Of a DNA stretch of 64,000 nucleotides, positions 12,016 through 25,100 are shown piece by piece; positions within the stretch are counted from its first letter, which is position 1; the number at the start of each line of letters is the position of its first letter. The stretch spans positions 1-64,000 of the forward strand of contig UYFQ01000444.1 in assembly GCA_900617105.1 (NCBI GenBank), given 5' to 3'. The notes beneath the pieces were generated by a model. It saw nothing but the letters and a program-made list of their open reading frames with translations, had not been told where the DNA came from and did no database searches. The position numbers and the translations under genes were made by a program. The stretch is from Hydrurus foetidus (Eukaryota).

Positions 12016-13242
12016 ACTCACTCACACACACACACTCACTCTTTTCTTTTTTTGTTTCTCACTCCCTTTTCCTCTATCTCTCTCTCTCTATATCTCTTTC
12101 TCTCTCTCTATAGATGGCAGTCAATGCCCAAGAGTTGATTGATTTCGCCCTTTCCAAGATTCCAGTCAGTAAGTGACATCGCCAATATCTCGAGTAGACA
12201 CGAATTAGTACGTCATTACATCAATCTTTTTTACGTTTAGAAACCGGTCCTCGCAGAAGTAGGAGGAAGAAAAGAGCTGCGTTGAAATATGAGACAAAGA
12301 GGGTAAGAAATATAATATGACATAGGACAGTGTGACATGACATGATACGACACAACATGACATCACGCACTATATTATGAAATTATGCGATATGACATAG
12401 CCTAATGATATAGTAAACATTAAATTATATTGCACAACATTAAAATCCATGACCAATCTTCACATTTAATCTGAGAAATTTCATCCATATTACCATCTAA
12501 CAATGTGATCTCGCGTTCCTCCTTGTGAATTTTGCTAGAAATTCGACAAGATCAAGAAAATGCAAAATGCCGCCGCAAATAAAAGAATTCAGGCGACGGT
12601 AATGACAACTTTCCCTTATTTTTTTAATTTCGTTTTTACCTCCACATCTCTTGACCTGCCGACTGCCTGACTGTCTGCCTCCATGTCTGTCTAGGTATCT
12701 ACCTGCCTGTCTATGCGTTTGTCAGTTTGTGTCTCTGTCTTTCAGTATGTTGGTCCATATGACTGTCAGTCTGTCTGTCTATTCATCTGCCTATCTATCA
12801 GTCTACCTGCCTGTCTGTGTGTCTGTGTGTGTGTGTCGCTTAGCCGTCGCGTCCAACTGTCTGTCTGATTGATGGGTTGAATGTGATACACCGAGTGACA
12901 GCCTGACTGATACAGCTGCCCAGTAACTGCACATCTATCAGTCTGTCTGCATCTCAGAGTACGTTAGACGCAACTTCTCTGTTTGTCACCTTTACCAAAT
13001 ACTTCTTTACCTGAACACCTTTCTTTCTGTCCCTATTCCTATCACGTCACTTTTATTCCTCGCATTACGTCACTTCCCCACATCATGTTCATTCCTCACA
13101 CAACATCATTTCCCCACAGTTGAAGAAGGATCGAGTAAAAGCCAAGGCATACAGAGCAGAAGCATTGGTCATAAACGCTGCACGTGAAAAATGGCAGAAA
13201 GAGGGTCTTGCAAAAGTGGCCGCCAGAGCTGCAGGGAACTAG
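10933..13242 (+). CDS. Basic protein with mitochondrial-type presequence, 6 exons
   Basis: Ser/Arg-rich N-terminus lacking acidic residues. GT-AG exons join in frame: ...SQKIR / LESVNLFPK / MAVNAQELIDFALSKIPV / KTGPRRSRRKKR... / KFDKIKK... / LKKDRV...AAGN*. Confidence 0.65.
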
Positions 13243-13973
13243 AACTGATCCCAGATTCCGTGTTTGCAGTCAAAGTTGGAGTGAGAAGAAGTTGAAATTG
13301 TTCTCGATGAGATTTGATAGTGCTAGATATTGAAGTTAATTTTTTTAATTGATAAATAGTGGTACGTTGAATGAGAGACTTGTTTACTTCGCGATTCACT
13401 CGATTTTTAGGGGATGATCATGAGAGATGGTGAAGTGCACCGTGCCGTATAGATGAGTTGGAAGCATCGCGATGCATTATCGTCATCAGAAGTCAAAAGT
13501 GTTTCTGTCATCAACAAAGAAGGCAAAAGATGCGACAAAAGCTGCACTGCGTCGCTGACAAATTTGGACCCAATAATTATACAATTAGATACCGATTACA
13601 CGAAAAGAAGTGTTTGAATATTATCACTTATCTTGATGATACCAACCGTTTCATGGCTACTGGGTGGGCATTATTTACGAATTCAAATAAACGGAGAGTA
13701 ATCACATGACCTGACTGAAGATTTAATACTACACAACACAAACAGTAAGAAAAACTATTCTGAAGTACCAAGTACGTTAACACAAAGATAAATTAAATGG
13801 CGAAAGGACACATGAGTTAGATAGATAACAAAAACAACAATAACTACAACTCGAAATCATTCCTTCAACTTCAACTAGAGTCTGACGGAGGGAATTCCGA
13901 TTTCGCAATGAAATAGAGTCTGTCGAGTTTTTAGATTCTTTCCAGAAATAGTAAATGACTCTAGTAGACGCCA

Positions 13974-14974
13974 TCACCCTGTGAAAAGGAATAAAATTGG
14001 TAAGCAGATTAACTTGGTGAATTTAAAAATTTGGATAGAAGTTGACGAGGAAAAATGACTGAGGAAATCTCACCTCGACCAGACTCTTCAACGATTTGAG
14101 AATTGCTGACGTTATTAGGAGGATAGTATCCGCCTCCTCCCAGTCCTCTTTCTGCGTTCACCGAGGCACTCGATCCGACTGTGTAAAATTGGCGGTGGCA
14201 GCAGTGCATTACACTGATGTACTCGCAACTGTATGCCTCATATGCATGGAAGATAAATGAAATGGAGTCGTATTATCAGAGTGCGTGTAGCAGATATTTC
14301 AGACCTAATGTTTCGTAGGCGCTTTCATTTAATATTCTGCTACCATCCATATTCATTGAAGCAGTGCCACCTAGGGCCGCGAACAAGCAAGCTGCACTGT
14401 AAAGTGTAATGCACTGTAGCAGTATAGATGATAGATGTCAGTTCGTTTGTCTCTAAGGTTGTGACTTTGAGAGCAGTCACCACAGCATACAATAAGGAAT
14501 ACGAATCGATAAAAGCTGATGAGATGAAAGACTCATTTTTATCATGGCCACAAGAGTCTTCGCCTCTCAATACCATAGCATAGAAACATGAAATAATTAC
14601 CCGTGGCAGCATGGAAAATATGAACTTCCCGGAAAATCCTGAGAAGCGAATAGCATCAGATAGAAAGAGATGTATAAATTTGATTCCCTTTTCATTCTCC
14701 TTCAACTTCTTGCGTCAACATCCTCCAATTGAATGATCCCTATTCACTTACCAGAAGAGCTGAGAATGACAATATCCATGATGAGAGATAGTGCCGTGCA
14801 GGCTACACATCCGAATGTCGCGCGACCATGCTTTGAATAAGAGCAGTATACACCCCAGAAACCAATGGCAATGTTGTATGAGGGTAAGCTAGGCAGTATA
14901 AGACCTATGAATACTATGAGCCAGGAGTACCGCTCTAGAGAATCTGCATTCGTGGATACTAAATTTCTATCCAT
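13974..14974 (-). CDS. Small multi-pass membrane protein, weak AGTRAP-like pattern; 3' end uncertain
   Basis: First exon encodes hydrophobic helices (WLIVFIGLILPSLPSYNIAIGFWGVY, ALSLIMDIVIL) and ends at a GTAAGT donor; downstream spliceable exons include GGGGYYPP. Confidence 0.5.
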
Positions 14975-15451
14975 TCTACCTCCAAAAGAGATCGGGGTTT
15001 GACGAACGGATCTGATCCGACTGCTTTTGGCTCTTTGCTGTCGTTGTCTGCTCAATTGTAGAGTGCTTGATTATTTCAATCTCAAACATCTCTCGTTCAT
15101 CACCCCAAAGTTAGGGGAAGTGCGCTACTTTCGCACACTTAAGTGCCATAATTAAATGTTTTAAATGTCCAATATCTCCCAGTTGTTGAGATGACCGTAC
15201 AATGTGACCGTGTAATGTGCCCGTATAATGTGTCATGTGCTAAGATCCAAATCATCATCCTAAGAAGTCGAGTCACATCGAAAAGTGCAGTACGTAATGC
15301 AACTGTAGCAGCTGTCTTCATCAAGGTACCATCTCCATCACATAGGTATTCCCTTCCGCACTTCATTTGCACGTATCCGGCATATCTGGCCAAGAACTGT
15401 AGAAGTAATCGACCGATATCGTAAAGTTGAAGTTGAATTCAGACATCAATC

Positions 15452-16146
15452 ATGCAATCGTCACTGTTAGCACTCTTCATAGCATTTGTTGCAATCCTTG
15501 GAGCCGAGAGTTTCACAATATCTACTGGAAGATATGCCTCTCCGCGTCTGTTTTCGAGTCTTTCTGATTCCGTGGAGAATGTGTCCGAAATTGTCGAAGT
15601 GAAAGTGATAGTCTCAGGAAAGAATGTTCAGGGGCCATGGTATAGGACAACCGTTCGACATGAGGTCAGCTTTCACACATATTTATGCGGCATCCTGATC
15701 AGATGTAAATCGGCTATGCGCACCGAAGTAACAAATACCTTCCATTCGAATGTATCAGACGGTTTTCAACCGCAAATGTAAAGGAAGCCTCACAGAAAAA
15801 GCAGACGCGACGACTGAAATAGTCATACAAGGTGATAACTCCCTTCTTTAATCATCATTCCGCAATTATCGTTTATAAAATGTGACCGTATTGATATGAA
15901 AGAAATAACACTGTAAGCACTTCAATCTCCAGATTATCGTCTTCATTTTAACACTAGCACTACCCATGTTCTAACTCGATAGGACCGAAGAATCGTGTGG
16001 ACAGCTTTATCCGTTGGGTGAAAAGGGGGCCAGGGCTTTCTCAAATAGTGCGTGTTGATAACATAGAATTTCAAACAGAGCTATCTGCCGATATCCTTGC
16101 ATCCCCCTCTCAATTCCAAGAAAATATTATTACAGCAAGAAGATAG
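15452..16146 (+). CDS. Plastid-targeted acylphosphatase-like protein, 3 exons
   Basis: Signal peptide plus AES-F motif. Spliced product reads VSGKNVQGPWYR...EIVIQGPKNRVDSFIRWVKRGPG, the acylphosphatase fold signature. Confidence 0.75.
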
Positions 16147-16699
16147 TCAAAACTTTTTACTGACGCCTCATGACTTGTTCCACTTGTTTATACCCGACCC
16201 CTGTAAATGATATCATTTAATAAAAATTTTGACGAGTAGGGACGAATTTCCTCAAATGTTTTTCATCGAATTAAATTAGATTCCGAATATTTTCCCCTGA
16301 AAAATCATTGGATTTGCGTTCTGTAAACTCTATCGCGCCTGCAGCATTTTGATTTCCAAATAAAACTAAGCGATGTAGCAACTTTTCTTTATAGTGTTTC
16401 AGCCGAGTGCACTCGCCCGTAGTAATTCCGAATGAATGACCAGGTATTGAAGACGATTCGATTATGACATTTCGTATTTCACGATCATCCTATTCTTCCG
16501 CATCCCGCTCTATATGAGAGTCAGATCACGCCGATGCTGACTTCTTCAGAGAGATGGCATTCATGGCAATGCTAATCACTGATCTACACTTCTCAATCAC
16601 GCATGTGATTACGAAATGAAATTTGAAAAACTACACAGCATCGCGCATGATTCCAGATCTCGACCCAAGATCCTCCTGCCTTTTCCCCCATGACAGTCG

Positions 16700-19600
16700 G
16701 AACATGGAGATCATTGATGTCAACAGTTCGATCCCAGGAATATCGCGATCTCACGTCCCTCTTCACTCTCTCTCTTCTAGCGTGCAGGACTGAGGGAGGG
16801 AGAGTGATAGCTGCTTCGACTGCTGCTAGCCAATCTTCCTTTACCTTCAGAGGGACAAAGAGAAAAGTTATGTGAAGAACAGAGATAAAGTGCAAGTTAG
16901 AGAGAGAGAAAGAAGAAGGAAGTGAGAAGGAGATTTGATCAGAATCATCATAACGTGTGAGGGATGGGAACTTTCAAATACGTCTGACTCAGCGCTGACA
17001 TACAATAGAACATGATTAGGTACAACAGTATATCAGAAATCCTACCCATTTCTGAAACAGCATCTGATTAGTGGCGATTGCATCTGTTAGTGCTTGTGTG
17101 GAGCCCATGTCGTAGTCCATTACTATTTCATCGGTGAGGAGGGAAAAGGGGAGGGGAAGGGAGATAGGCAGAGGGAGGGGGAGAGAGTCTATTGATGCAC
17201 TAAAGTGTGCAGGGACATCAAAATTGCCAAAATGCTCGAGAGATAGAACAGAAGCAGAGGAACAGGAGGGTCTAGTGGGTAAGGGCATTATCAGATTGAG
17301 AGGTGTGGAGTCTGTGTGTGCTCTAGTGAGGTCTTGCAGAACGGATGAGGTGTATCTGCTGGTGATTGGAATGGCCCCACACGACATCGCTTTCATCACC
17401 GTGATATATCCTGTCTCCGGATAGCTACGTGAAATAGATATGTGCATGACATCAATATTTGTGCCCCCATCAATATGCATGATGTGAATTTGTTTGTAAT
17501 ATCGATACGCGTTGAATCATACTGCTTGATATGAAAATGTGTAGTATAAATATGCATGGTATAGTGATGCATTATACACATGTGCGTCATGTCGATAATA
17601 TAACATCACAGTGCATAATTTAAACAAGTAAACTCTCACAACTTTAGGATTTCATTAATATATGATTGATAACAGGTAACTCATTATTACATCTATACAC
17701 CGGTCCTCTCATTGCATTACTCATAACATCAATATCCAACAAATATTTCACCTTGTCGGATAGAGGAGAAATCCCGAAGAGGCAAATCCCATCAATAAGG
17801 TATCATAGTCCACGGACCCCCTGTACTTTACCCCAAGGGTTTTTAGGGACGATAATAGGGTGGTCATTTTTGTGTACCATGTCTGTTGAGATGAGAAGGA
17901 GAGGAAGAGGAAGAGGGAGAGCAAAGAGGAAGAGAGAGGATAGAATCAGGATCGGAGTTTCGGCACGAGGATAGAAGATCCGCAAAGAAGAAGATAGCAC
18001 TGAAATGAATCAGAGCAATCAGAGCAATAATGATACAGATGGAACACTCTTCGCGACTAAAATCGACTGCTATATGCAATAGAAGAAACATTACTTGAAA
18101 CTGGTCTTGTCCCACTTGTTTCGTCAGCTGCAACTTGACGTTATCTGTGAAGCCGTAAAAAACCTCCAGCAAAACAACTGTGCATTGTAGAGGTGAACGA
18201 AAGGAGATGGAGAATTGAGGTAAAGGGGAGGGAGAATAGGAACGGATATGATAGTGAGAATGAAGAAAAAGTTGGTCGATGGGATTGGGATGGAATGAAT
18301 GACATGGAGGGGAGGAGAGGGCGAAGGATTGTACTGTCAGAAGGAGAATTGAGGGGATGAATGAGAGGAGAGAATCGGAAAGGCGAGAGAAGGGAACGGG
18401 ACTGCAGTGGACTGGACTGGACAAGATGAGAGGGTTGGAGGGAAGAGGTGAGATAAAAGGAGGGAATTGATTGTCGGTTTGTCTTCCGATTTGGGTTTTA
18501 CAATCATCACTGATAGTAGCTGTGGATATCGAATCCACATACCGTCATGTGTGCTCAGCGGCAAAGAGGTGCTCGAGGTAGAGTTCTTGTCCGAGTGTAA
18601 CTTGAACACATTGTATATCTAGCCAAACAGTACAGTGTGTTGTGAGTCAGAGATCATTGAGTCTGAATCAGGGGAAATGAAAATCGATGAGAATTAATGA
18701 TAAAGTAAATGGTGGAGAAGGATGAAGAGGAAAAAGAAGGAGAGGTCTAGTGACGAAGTTGATGTACCAATTGTAATTTATGTCAATTTACAACAGTAGA
18801 CTGATACACGTATATTCATGTAACAAATGTTTCGAACTGAAAGTCTGTATAATATTAAATTGTGAAAGAACTGTACTTTTTGTTCAATATTATTAAATGA
18901 TGTCTAGTTATATCGAGTAGCACTTTCAGTAAGTGGAATCAATGAAGAACTCACTTGTGGCCATACATCTAGCACTGCTTCTAATCCTCTGTTAGGAGCG
19001 CTGCCGTAAACCAGTCTATGTGCTTGTGTGTTTATTTGTACGTACGTACGTGCTTTAGAGAATCCCTATGGGGGTGACATTTTTGATGTCTTCTTCTGGA
19101 GGGTCAGCGTATACAAATACTTTACATCTGTTGAAAATGAGCAACAGGCACGAAGAAGACATGGGACGGTAGAATGAGGGAAATGGAGATGGGAGGATAC
19201 TGGACAAGGAGAGGGCAATTGCGAGGGTGACGGAACTTAAGAGAGAGGTGAATAGGGGGAGGGAAAGGGGTAACCATAGTAGATAGAGATAAGCATATAT
19301 GCTTAGAAAGAGAGAGAAAAGGAACAGAGAAAGGGGGGGATACATGCACAGCAAATATTCCTCTCAACATTCCACACAAAAAGTAATGCCATTTTACTCA
19401 CCCTAATAATACGAACACTCTCGACACGTACAGTACAGCTTCTTCTGACCCCACCAGACCGGACCCCATTAGGGCTGAAGATGGTCCCCATTTATCCCAC
19501 CAGGCATTGCCATACTCTGCACAGTAGAAGACTACGGAGAGGGCGGAGGGAGGAATCGGGGGCGAGGTAGGAGGAGGAGAGATAGGGAGAGAGGAAGAGG

Positions 19601-22150
19601 GCGAGGCAAGGGACAGAGAGAGAGGGGGAGATAGGAGGTGAAGTGGAAGGAAAGACGGGGAGAGGGGTAGAAAGAGGGACATCAGCAGTGACGTCAGAGT
19701 TGTTCTGATTCTTTGTCCTTTCGATGTTCTCGTACGTACTTCTGTGCGTTCTCTCAGTTGACTCTGAAACTAAACCCTGTCTTCATCTCGATATCCCGCA
19801 TGCTGATATGCAACAAGTGAACATGTTTTCAGAACGAATTCAAATTTTTCGAGGGTAAATTTTATTAATTCTGTTAAGGTTTTATTCTATTTAACAAATG
19901 GAAGGCACGGTTAGGAATGTCCAGAGGTGAAGGAAGAAGAACAAGTTGTAATGAGGAGTAGTGATGGGTGAGGGTGAAGGGTAAAGGGGCAAAGGAAATG
20001 ATTCCGGGTTGTACAGCAAGCCAACACTGTTGCGTACGTGATGGCGAGATGAGTGAGATAACATTAGGAAAGATAAAATAAAATGATACAAACAACACAG
20101 CACAACACAACACAACACAACACAACACAACACAACACAACACAACACAACACAACACAACACAACACAACACAACACAACACAACACAACACAACACAA
20201 CACAACACAACACAACACAACACAACACAACACAACACAACACAACACAACACAACACAACACAACACAACACAACACAACACAACACAACACAACACAA
20301 CACAACACAACACAACACAACACAACACAACACAACACAACACAACACAACACAACACAACACAACACAACACAACACAACACAACACAATGAAAGTAGC
20401 TCTAATTAAAATGAATTCATGGATATCAGTCTACCCCTATCTTCACCTGCAAAGCTATGCCGACAGAGAGCAGTCTATCCGGCGCTCCCTCAGGATTCAT
20501 AATGAAGGCTGACAGGAATACTAACAGTGTGTAAGACTGCCTGAGAGAAGAACAGTATTAAGTTAAGATCATTCTAATTCGAATTTGAATTCAAATTTGA
20601 ATTTCAATAGAAGAGAGAGATGGGAAAGACAAAAAGAATGATAAGGTTGAAGAGAGACAGAGGAGCATAAAGCCAAAGAATTCAGTTGAAGGAAAATAGT
20701 AGGATATTAATGATTAGGATGTTCAGTTGTTGTGACGTACTTGCCGAGTGTCTGTCCGTTACACCTCCCGTGGTCGTGCAGAACGCATGCCACGTCACCA
20801 AGCACAAAGTCCTCTATGCTGATACTCTTAAGCGGTAGTAGCCTGAGATGTCACGGCCAATATCGGTATCTTTCGGCTGTACCACATTTTGTACGGATAA
20901 GGGAATTTGTATCATGTATATCCCATTGATATCTGTGACGACACTTTCCTTCACTCTGAATATAATATCAGTATTATTTTGAGATTTATTATACACACTA
21001 TTTAGAATCGATGTAATTATATTAGATGCTGATTTGGATCAATTTGAGAGGGCGCGTGATAGTCGTGCACAATCCTAGGACCGTGCAGAAAATAAAAAAG
21101 AGTTACTTTTGAGGACGTCATTATTTAAAAATTCCGAATCCGTATAAAAATGGTCGAAATTAGAAGGATCTGGGGTCTATTCGGATATCCCGGTAGTAAG
21201 GAAGACCTTGGGTGCGATCCACTGGAACATCCGATCTTCTTGTTCGCACTGGAAATGCGGTGACGTCATTGATCTAGAGTACAGAATGCGCTATAAGACA
21301 TCAGGCAATTAGATGTAAAAGAAAATACGATTGAGGTATACTGTTTGAATCTTAAAAAATATTGTAGATAAGTTTGTTTTATTGGAATGTAGTGATGCTA
21401 CTTTTCAATTTATCCTGTATGTATACATAAGAACACTCCCAACTTAAAAAACATAATAAAGAATTTCAATACGAATAAAATTTTTAATATTATTGCATGA
21501 CAATCCGCAGAATCAGCTATTCAATACTTGTATTCACTTAATTGTTAACAATAATTAAATAAGGAACTAAAAAGTAATTAAATATCACCAATTTAATACG
21601 GTAAAATTGCCATTCCTAGAGGAATTAAAATGATTCTATTACCTGTGTCTTGAGCACTTCAGCGAAGAACTAAATCGGAGACATACACTAGCTCGCTCCT
21701 CCAAATTGGCTTGTTCCGTCGAAAATTCCACAGAATTCAATGCTGGGGTGTGGAATATTTCCAATAGGGAGCAACAAATGCAGAGGCTGATAGGCCGGAC
21801 CGGGTCAGTGGGTAGGGAGTTGTTTTATTGTCCCCTATGATGATGTCCTCATGTCTGTTACTCTCATTTGAGATAGACTTTTTGTATGGATTTGGATCAT
21901 TTTGATTTCCATTTTTCTCCTCACTTTGCTCTTGGCTATTCCGCTCCTCCATATTCCCATCCACTCCAATTCCAACTCTAATTCCAATGGTCATATTGAT
22001 CTCAGCGTTTGTCTCCTTTGTTAACGTCGTTTTCTAATCTCTCTCCCCTCTCTTTACTTCTATTTCTTTTGCCTTTATTTCCTCTTCATTTGCATCAGTC
22101 CCCTGTTCTTCGCTGCTTCTGAGTGCATCACTAATTTTGCCTTTTCCATC
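16700..22150 (-). pseudogene. Decayed linker plus GT4 (GT-B) glycosyltransferase exons downstream of the GT41 gene
   Basis: GT4-like motifs in colinear exons: GSGLVGSEEAVLY, KVFVYADPP, RLVYGSAPNRGL, LLYPT/YPETGYITVMKAMSCGAIPITS, RSRYSW. Disabling lesions: stops at 22034 and 19055, frameshifts near 21737 and 19030. Confidence 0.7.
20091..20390. repeat. (CACAA)n microsatellite, ~60 units
   Basis: Direct read. Confidence 0.98.
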
Positions 22151-25100
22151 TTATAATTCTTGTTTGTGATTTCTGATGAATTCATGCATTGAATGCACAA
22201 CGAACGGTTTCCTGTAATAATATTAAATTCAAAATGAAGTGGTAGTAGGTGACATGTTGTCGAGAAATTGATGTTTAGGATATCATTTTATGTCATCCTC
22301 CAATGCAGTAACAATGACGACAATGAATGTGATGAAGTTGAATAAAAATCTTAGAGGGCGGATAACACAGATCTCAAAACACCAAAATTGCCCAATTTCA
22401 AGAACAAATCAAAAGTTAAGGATTGTTGCAGAGGTAAAGGAAAAGGGAATAGAAGTAAAAAAGGAAGAGGATGATGTGAAAATGATAGTTAATGCGATAG
22501 AGATAACCTCAATTCAAAAATGACGCACCTCATAATATCATCAAAATCTACCGACTTCTGTGTCAGAGTTATCCTCACACGTTGTGCAAGTGAAGAGCAA
22601 AATAGAATTAATTGTCCATCTAAATCTCCAATATATTCAATACCATCACTGCCTGACTTTGGGTGGGTAAGAAAATATATTAAGTCGAGCATTCTTTGAA
22701 AGTCTGAACTATACAATATTTGAAATTCATTTTCATTTTCTTTTACAGTTTCATTTCCATTTTCATCTTTGTTTTCTTTTGAGGACCCCACGATAATGTG
22801 ATACTCTGATCTGACAGTGCTGTCCCTCTCTCTACTAGGCACGTCTCTAACTACATTTCTCATCTTAACATCTCCTCCTTCCCTTTCTTCATTCTCCTCA
22901 TTTCTACCTCCTTCCCCATCACCTTCCTCTGCCCCTCCCTCTTCGCCTAACCCTATCAATCCCCCATCTCTATTTCTATCTTCTCCTATTCCCTCAATAC
23001 CACCTCGTCCTTCAATTTCCTCTCCACCGTGTTCACTATCTTCATCTTCCCTATCATCTTCTCTCCTATTATAGTATCCTCCCTTGGCAAGTGACGACAC
23101 TTCCACTGCAGCTTGGTACGCACGTTCCACACATCCTAAGAAGGTCAGAGGAATAAAAAGATGGTGACGTATGTGTTAAAAAATAAGAGATGGAGGAAGA
23201 AAATGTAAATGATGTAAAATAAGGTGGTGTAGGAGGACATTACCCTGTAACATAAATCGTAATGCATATTTCGTTCTCTGACAAACGGCATATATTTTCT
23301 CCTTATCCTGTCACAAAATAAGCTGTCTGTTGCTGTGTGATGTGATTGTACCCGATTAAAAAAGACGCAATGGTAACTCGCAACCCTCGAGTTCTTCCAA
23401 TTTGCTTAATTATTCACCCCTTTAAAAAGAATCTTCTGACAGAACATAATCCTAGAGTTGCTCTAATTAATGGCGCGTATGTACGTACGTACTTTGCATG
23501 TCCGGATAGTTGAAGGTCGGAGCTGTGAGTGTTAGGGACAGAATGTCTAGCTTCAACTGACGTACTAGGAAAGTGTTCTTGGAGAGACTGGAGATGATTG
23601 AGTGGTGAGGTTATGGTGGAGAGAGTGTAAGAGTGGGGTTATCAGCAGAGGATTGATAGTATGGTATAGTGCGACAAGGCGTACCATAGTGCAGACACCG
23701 CTCTTCACATCACATCACTTCACATCACATCACATCACATCGATCGCATCACATTAAATCACATCACATCGCATCAGACCACATCACATCACATCACATC
23801 ACTTCATACCGCATCGCATCACACCACACCACACCGCATCACATCACATCACACCACACCACACCACACCACACCACACCACACCAATACAATCAATTCA
23901 CACTGGCTCACCGAATAGCTGCCTCCTCGAAGCTCTTCACAGAATCAGAAACCATGACGTCACCCACATTTGAAGATAAATGTTGCTCGTCATCGCTGAA
24001 GGACAATACCGATTATTGGGTTCTTTTATTACTCGTTCTCAATTGTTAATTAGCATTGTTGGCGTACTAACAATTCACGCAAAACTAATAGTGAAGACCA
24101 CTGTAGTATCAAATAAATAGTGAAACGTCAAAAAGAATTTTGATACCGTAAAACGATTGCCAACAATCTCGTGAACATCAAAATAAAAATAAAAAACACG
24201 AAATAAAGAAATACCTCTTATCATCCCTATCAAAAGGATCTTGGACCTTCAATGACGTCGAGATTCCAGACGCCACTCTCGAAGGCATTCTGCCCGACCC
24301 CCATGACCGGCCGGTCAGGAGAGGCACCCCCATCCACAACATGTCGGAAGTGGTCGTGTGGGCACCTGTTGAAATGCGTCATTATAAGCGCGTCATCATT
24401 TAGATATTGAAGTATGTCATTGATTTCATTTATGCAGGGCTACAATAAATGGCAACGTGGTGACCCTTCCGTGACAGCCCCACGCACAGATTATAGCATT
24501 CTGTAAATCTGCACGTCAAAGCATATTACATAAAATAGATCACGCGTGATAGGAACTGCCAGGCAGAAGTGCTGTTTCATCGCCATGAATAGTAGCGGAA
24601 GTAAAACCACACGACACGTAAGATACGATACTTTAGACAAGCTCTTATTCTAAATGTAAAGCCCAACGCATTGTCAAAAAATAAATAAAAACTCTATATG
24701 ATTTTTAATCCACACATTAATCAGCGTAAGTACAACCGTACCGTACACGAATGTATCGATTCCGAAGTCGCACGTATTTCCTATTCTCTCTAAATGAGTT
24801 TCCCAAGACATTGACAGGACAAATATTATCCGGTTTGGAGAAACGCCCTAAGGGGGAAAGATTTTATACGGTATTTCACAGTGGGAATTATTCGATGGAG
24901 TTAATGCGATGTGTAGATGACATGATGTGTTGAAATTTGTTTGTCGCCTACGGTTGGATTCGTTTTATTCTCCCTATTTGTTGCGATGTAGCTGCTTTAA
25001 AATTTCATGCTTTGTCTATTTAGAATAAAAATAAAATATGTCCAATTATTTCTGCCCAATTTTCTTTTTGATCTCTTCTGTCTCATCTTCCCTTTTATCC

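Noticed and set aside
19874..20409. CCVVL and TTQHN repeat ORFs
   Set aside because: Translations of the (CACAA)n microsatellite.
22034..22153. Alternative genetic code (TAA/TAG read as sense) explaining the GT stops
   Set aside because: Other genes here end in TAA or TAG and have no internal stops; the same region also has frameshifts.
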